Shown piece by piece: positions 25,579-26,365 of a DNA stretch of 26,365 bases (position 1 is the stretch's first letter; every line of letters begins with the position of its first letter). The position numbers and the translations under genes were made by a program. Below the pieces are notes generated by a model, which was not told the origin of the DNA, did no database searches, and saw only the letters and a list, made by a program, of their open reading frames with translations. The stretch is from Gemmatimonadota bacterium (GTDB lineage Bacteria; Gemmatimonadota; Gemmatimonadetes; Gemmatimonadales; GWC2-71-9), in the NCBI GenBank assembly GCA_029884275.1, contig JAOUIC010000001.1, positions 1 through 26,365 of the forward strand, written 5' to 3'.

Positions 25579-26365
25579 GGGGTCATCTCCTTGGAAGGCG
25601 CCGAGGCCGGCACGATGGGGAACACCAGCAGCCTGACGCCCTGTTCGAATGGTTCGGCCACCAGCAGCTCGCCATCGCCGAGGCCGACCAGGCGACCGAT
25701 GCCCGGATGCGCGAGATAGCGGACCAGCCGCGACGTGGAGTCGACGACCTGGTACTCCCTGACTGTGTCGCCCACGGCCCTGCTCTTGACCAGCCAGACC
25801 AGCCCATCCCGTCCCGTGACGGCATTCTCGAAGGGCGGCTTGATGGCCGAGAATGGGATCTGCTCGACCGTCGGCCGGAGCGAGGCGTCGAATCGTCGCA
25901 GGAAGAGCTGCCGGTCGTTCTCCGTGATGGGGAGGACGCGGTCCGGGAGCTGGAGGCCGCGGCGCCAGGCACCGGCCGGATCGCGCCACTCGACCTGGTT
26001 GGCCCCCACGCGCGCCACCCAGACGGTGCCATTCGACAGAACCCCCCACCGGTCCTGGCCCGAGAGCAGCCGTCGCTCGAGGCGGACTCGGCCGTCGCTG
26101 ATCACCTCGGCAAGATCCAGCGGGGCGAGCCGGGCGATGGTATCGGCCGCCGCCCAGTCCGCCCGCACCCGCACGATGGAGGCGGAGTCGAGGTTGCCGC
26201 GTCCCTCGGGACCAGGGGGAGTGCGGAGCTCGAAGTACCAGTTGCCGCCCTGATCCCGGGCACGGGGGAGCGCGCCACGCAGGCCATCGGGCGCGGTGAG
26301 TGCCCCGATCAGCGTCTCGCCCAGTGACCAGAGTGTCAGGCGCCGCCGCTGCCAGTCCGCGATGT
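25575..26365 (-). CDS. Hypothetical beta-propeller-like protein, paralog of the downstream gene, 5' end outside the window
   Basis: The frame stays open from 26363 (IADWQRRRLTLWSLGETL...) into the ORF-track segment and aligns by eye with 24469-25578. Confidence 0.8.
   Translation of the reverse strand, partial: IADWQRRRLTLWSLGETLIGALTAPDGLRGALPRARDQGGNWYFELRTPPGPEGRGNLDSASIVRVRADWAAADTIARLAPLDLAEVISDGRVRLERRLLSGQDRWGVLSNGTVWVARVGANQVEWRDPAGAWRRGLQLPDRVLPITENDRQLFLRRFDASLRPTVEQIPFSAIKPPFENAVTGRDGLVWLVKSRAVGDTVREYQVVDSTSRLVRYLAHPGIGRLVGLGDGELLVAEPFEQGVRLLVFPIVPASAPSKEMTP

Overview
A gene-dense, very GC-rich (roughly 70%, estimated by eye) bacterial chromosomal window. It holds 23 intact or edge-truncated CDSs and one kinase pseudogene; no rRNA, tRNA, CRISPR array or mobile element was recognisable. 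Sequence style (many signal peptides and lipoproteins, the kinase N-terminus, the RNase H variant) suggests Gemmatimonadota, which is inference. Left to right: (1) a minus-strand run with a zinc-ribbon protein, NTF2-like protein, serine hydrolase, secreted protein, thiolase, membrane protein and lipoprotein; (2) a beta-barrel-like secreted protein and an internally deleted Ser/Thr kinase remnant; (3) a minus-strand cluster of selD, a 73-aa protein, a tandem USP and RNase HI; (4) a His-rich NiCoT/UreH-like transporter converging on a CzcA/CusA-type RND pump and its adaptor; (5) an amidohydrolase, an NTF2-like lipoprotein and a Lys/Ala/Pro-rich histone-H1-like protein; (6) a plus-strand run of exported glycoside hydrolase, Ig-repeat/TolB-propeller protein, MDR oxidoreductase and MscS-TM/CmpX-like protein; (7) two tandem paralogous propeller-like proteins. 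The strongest signals: selD is a selenoprotein (in-frame UGA at codon 23, missed by the ORF track, followed by an atypical SECIS-like hairpin); the RNase HI has a reshuffled active site (E48 to A, D134 to N, G11 to E, E. coli numbering); the 73-aa protein looks like a stand-alone degenerate WYL-fold domain; the amidohydrolase has Asn at its catalytic Asp; and three genes appear to be leaderless. No single clearly new multi-gene system can be proven from sequence alone.
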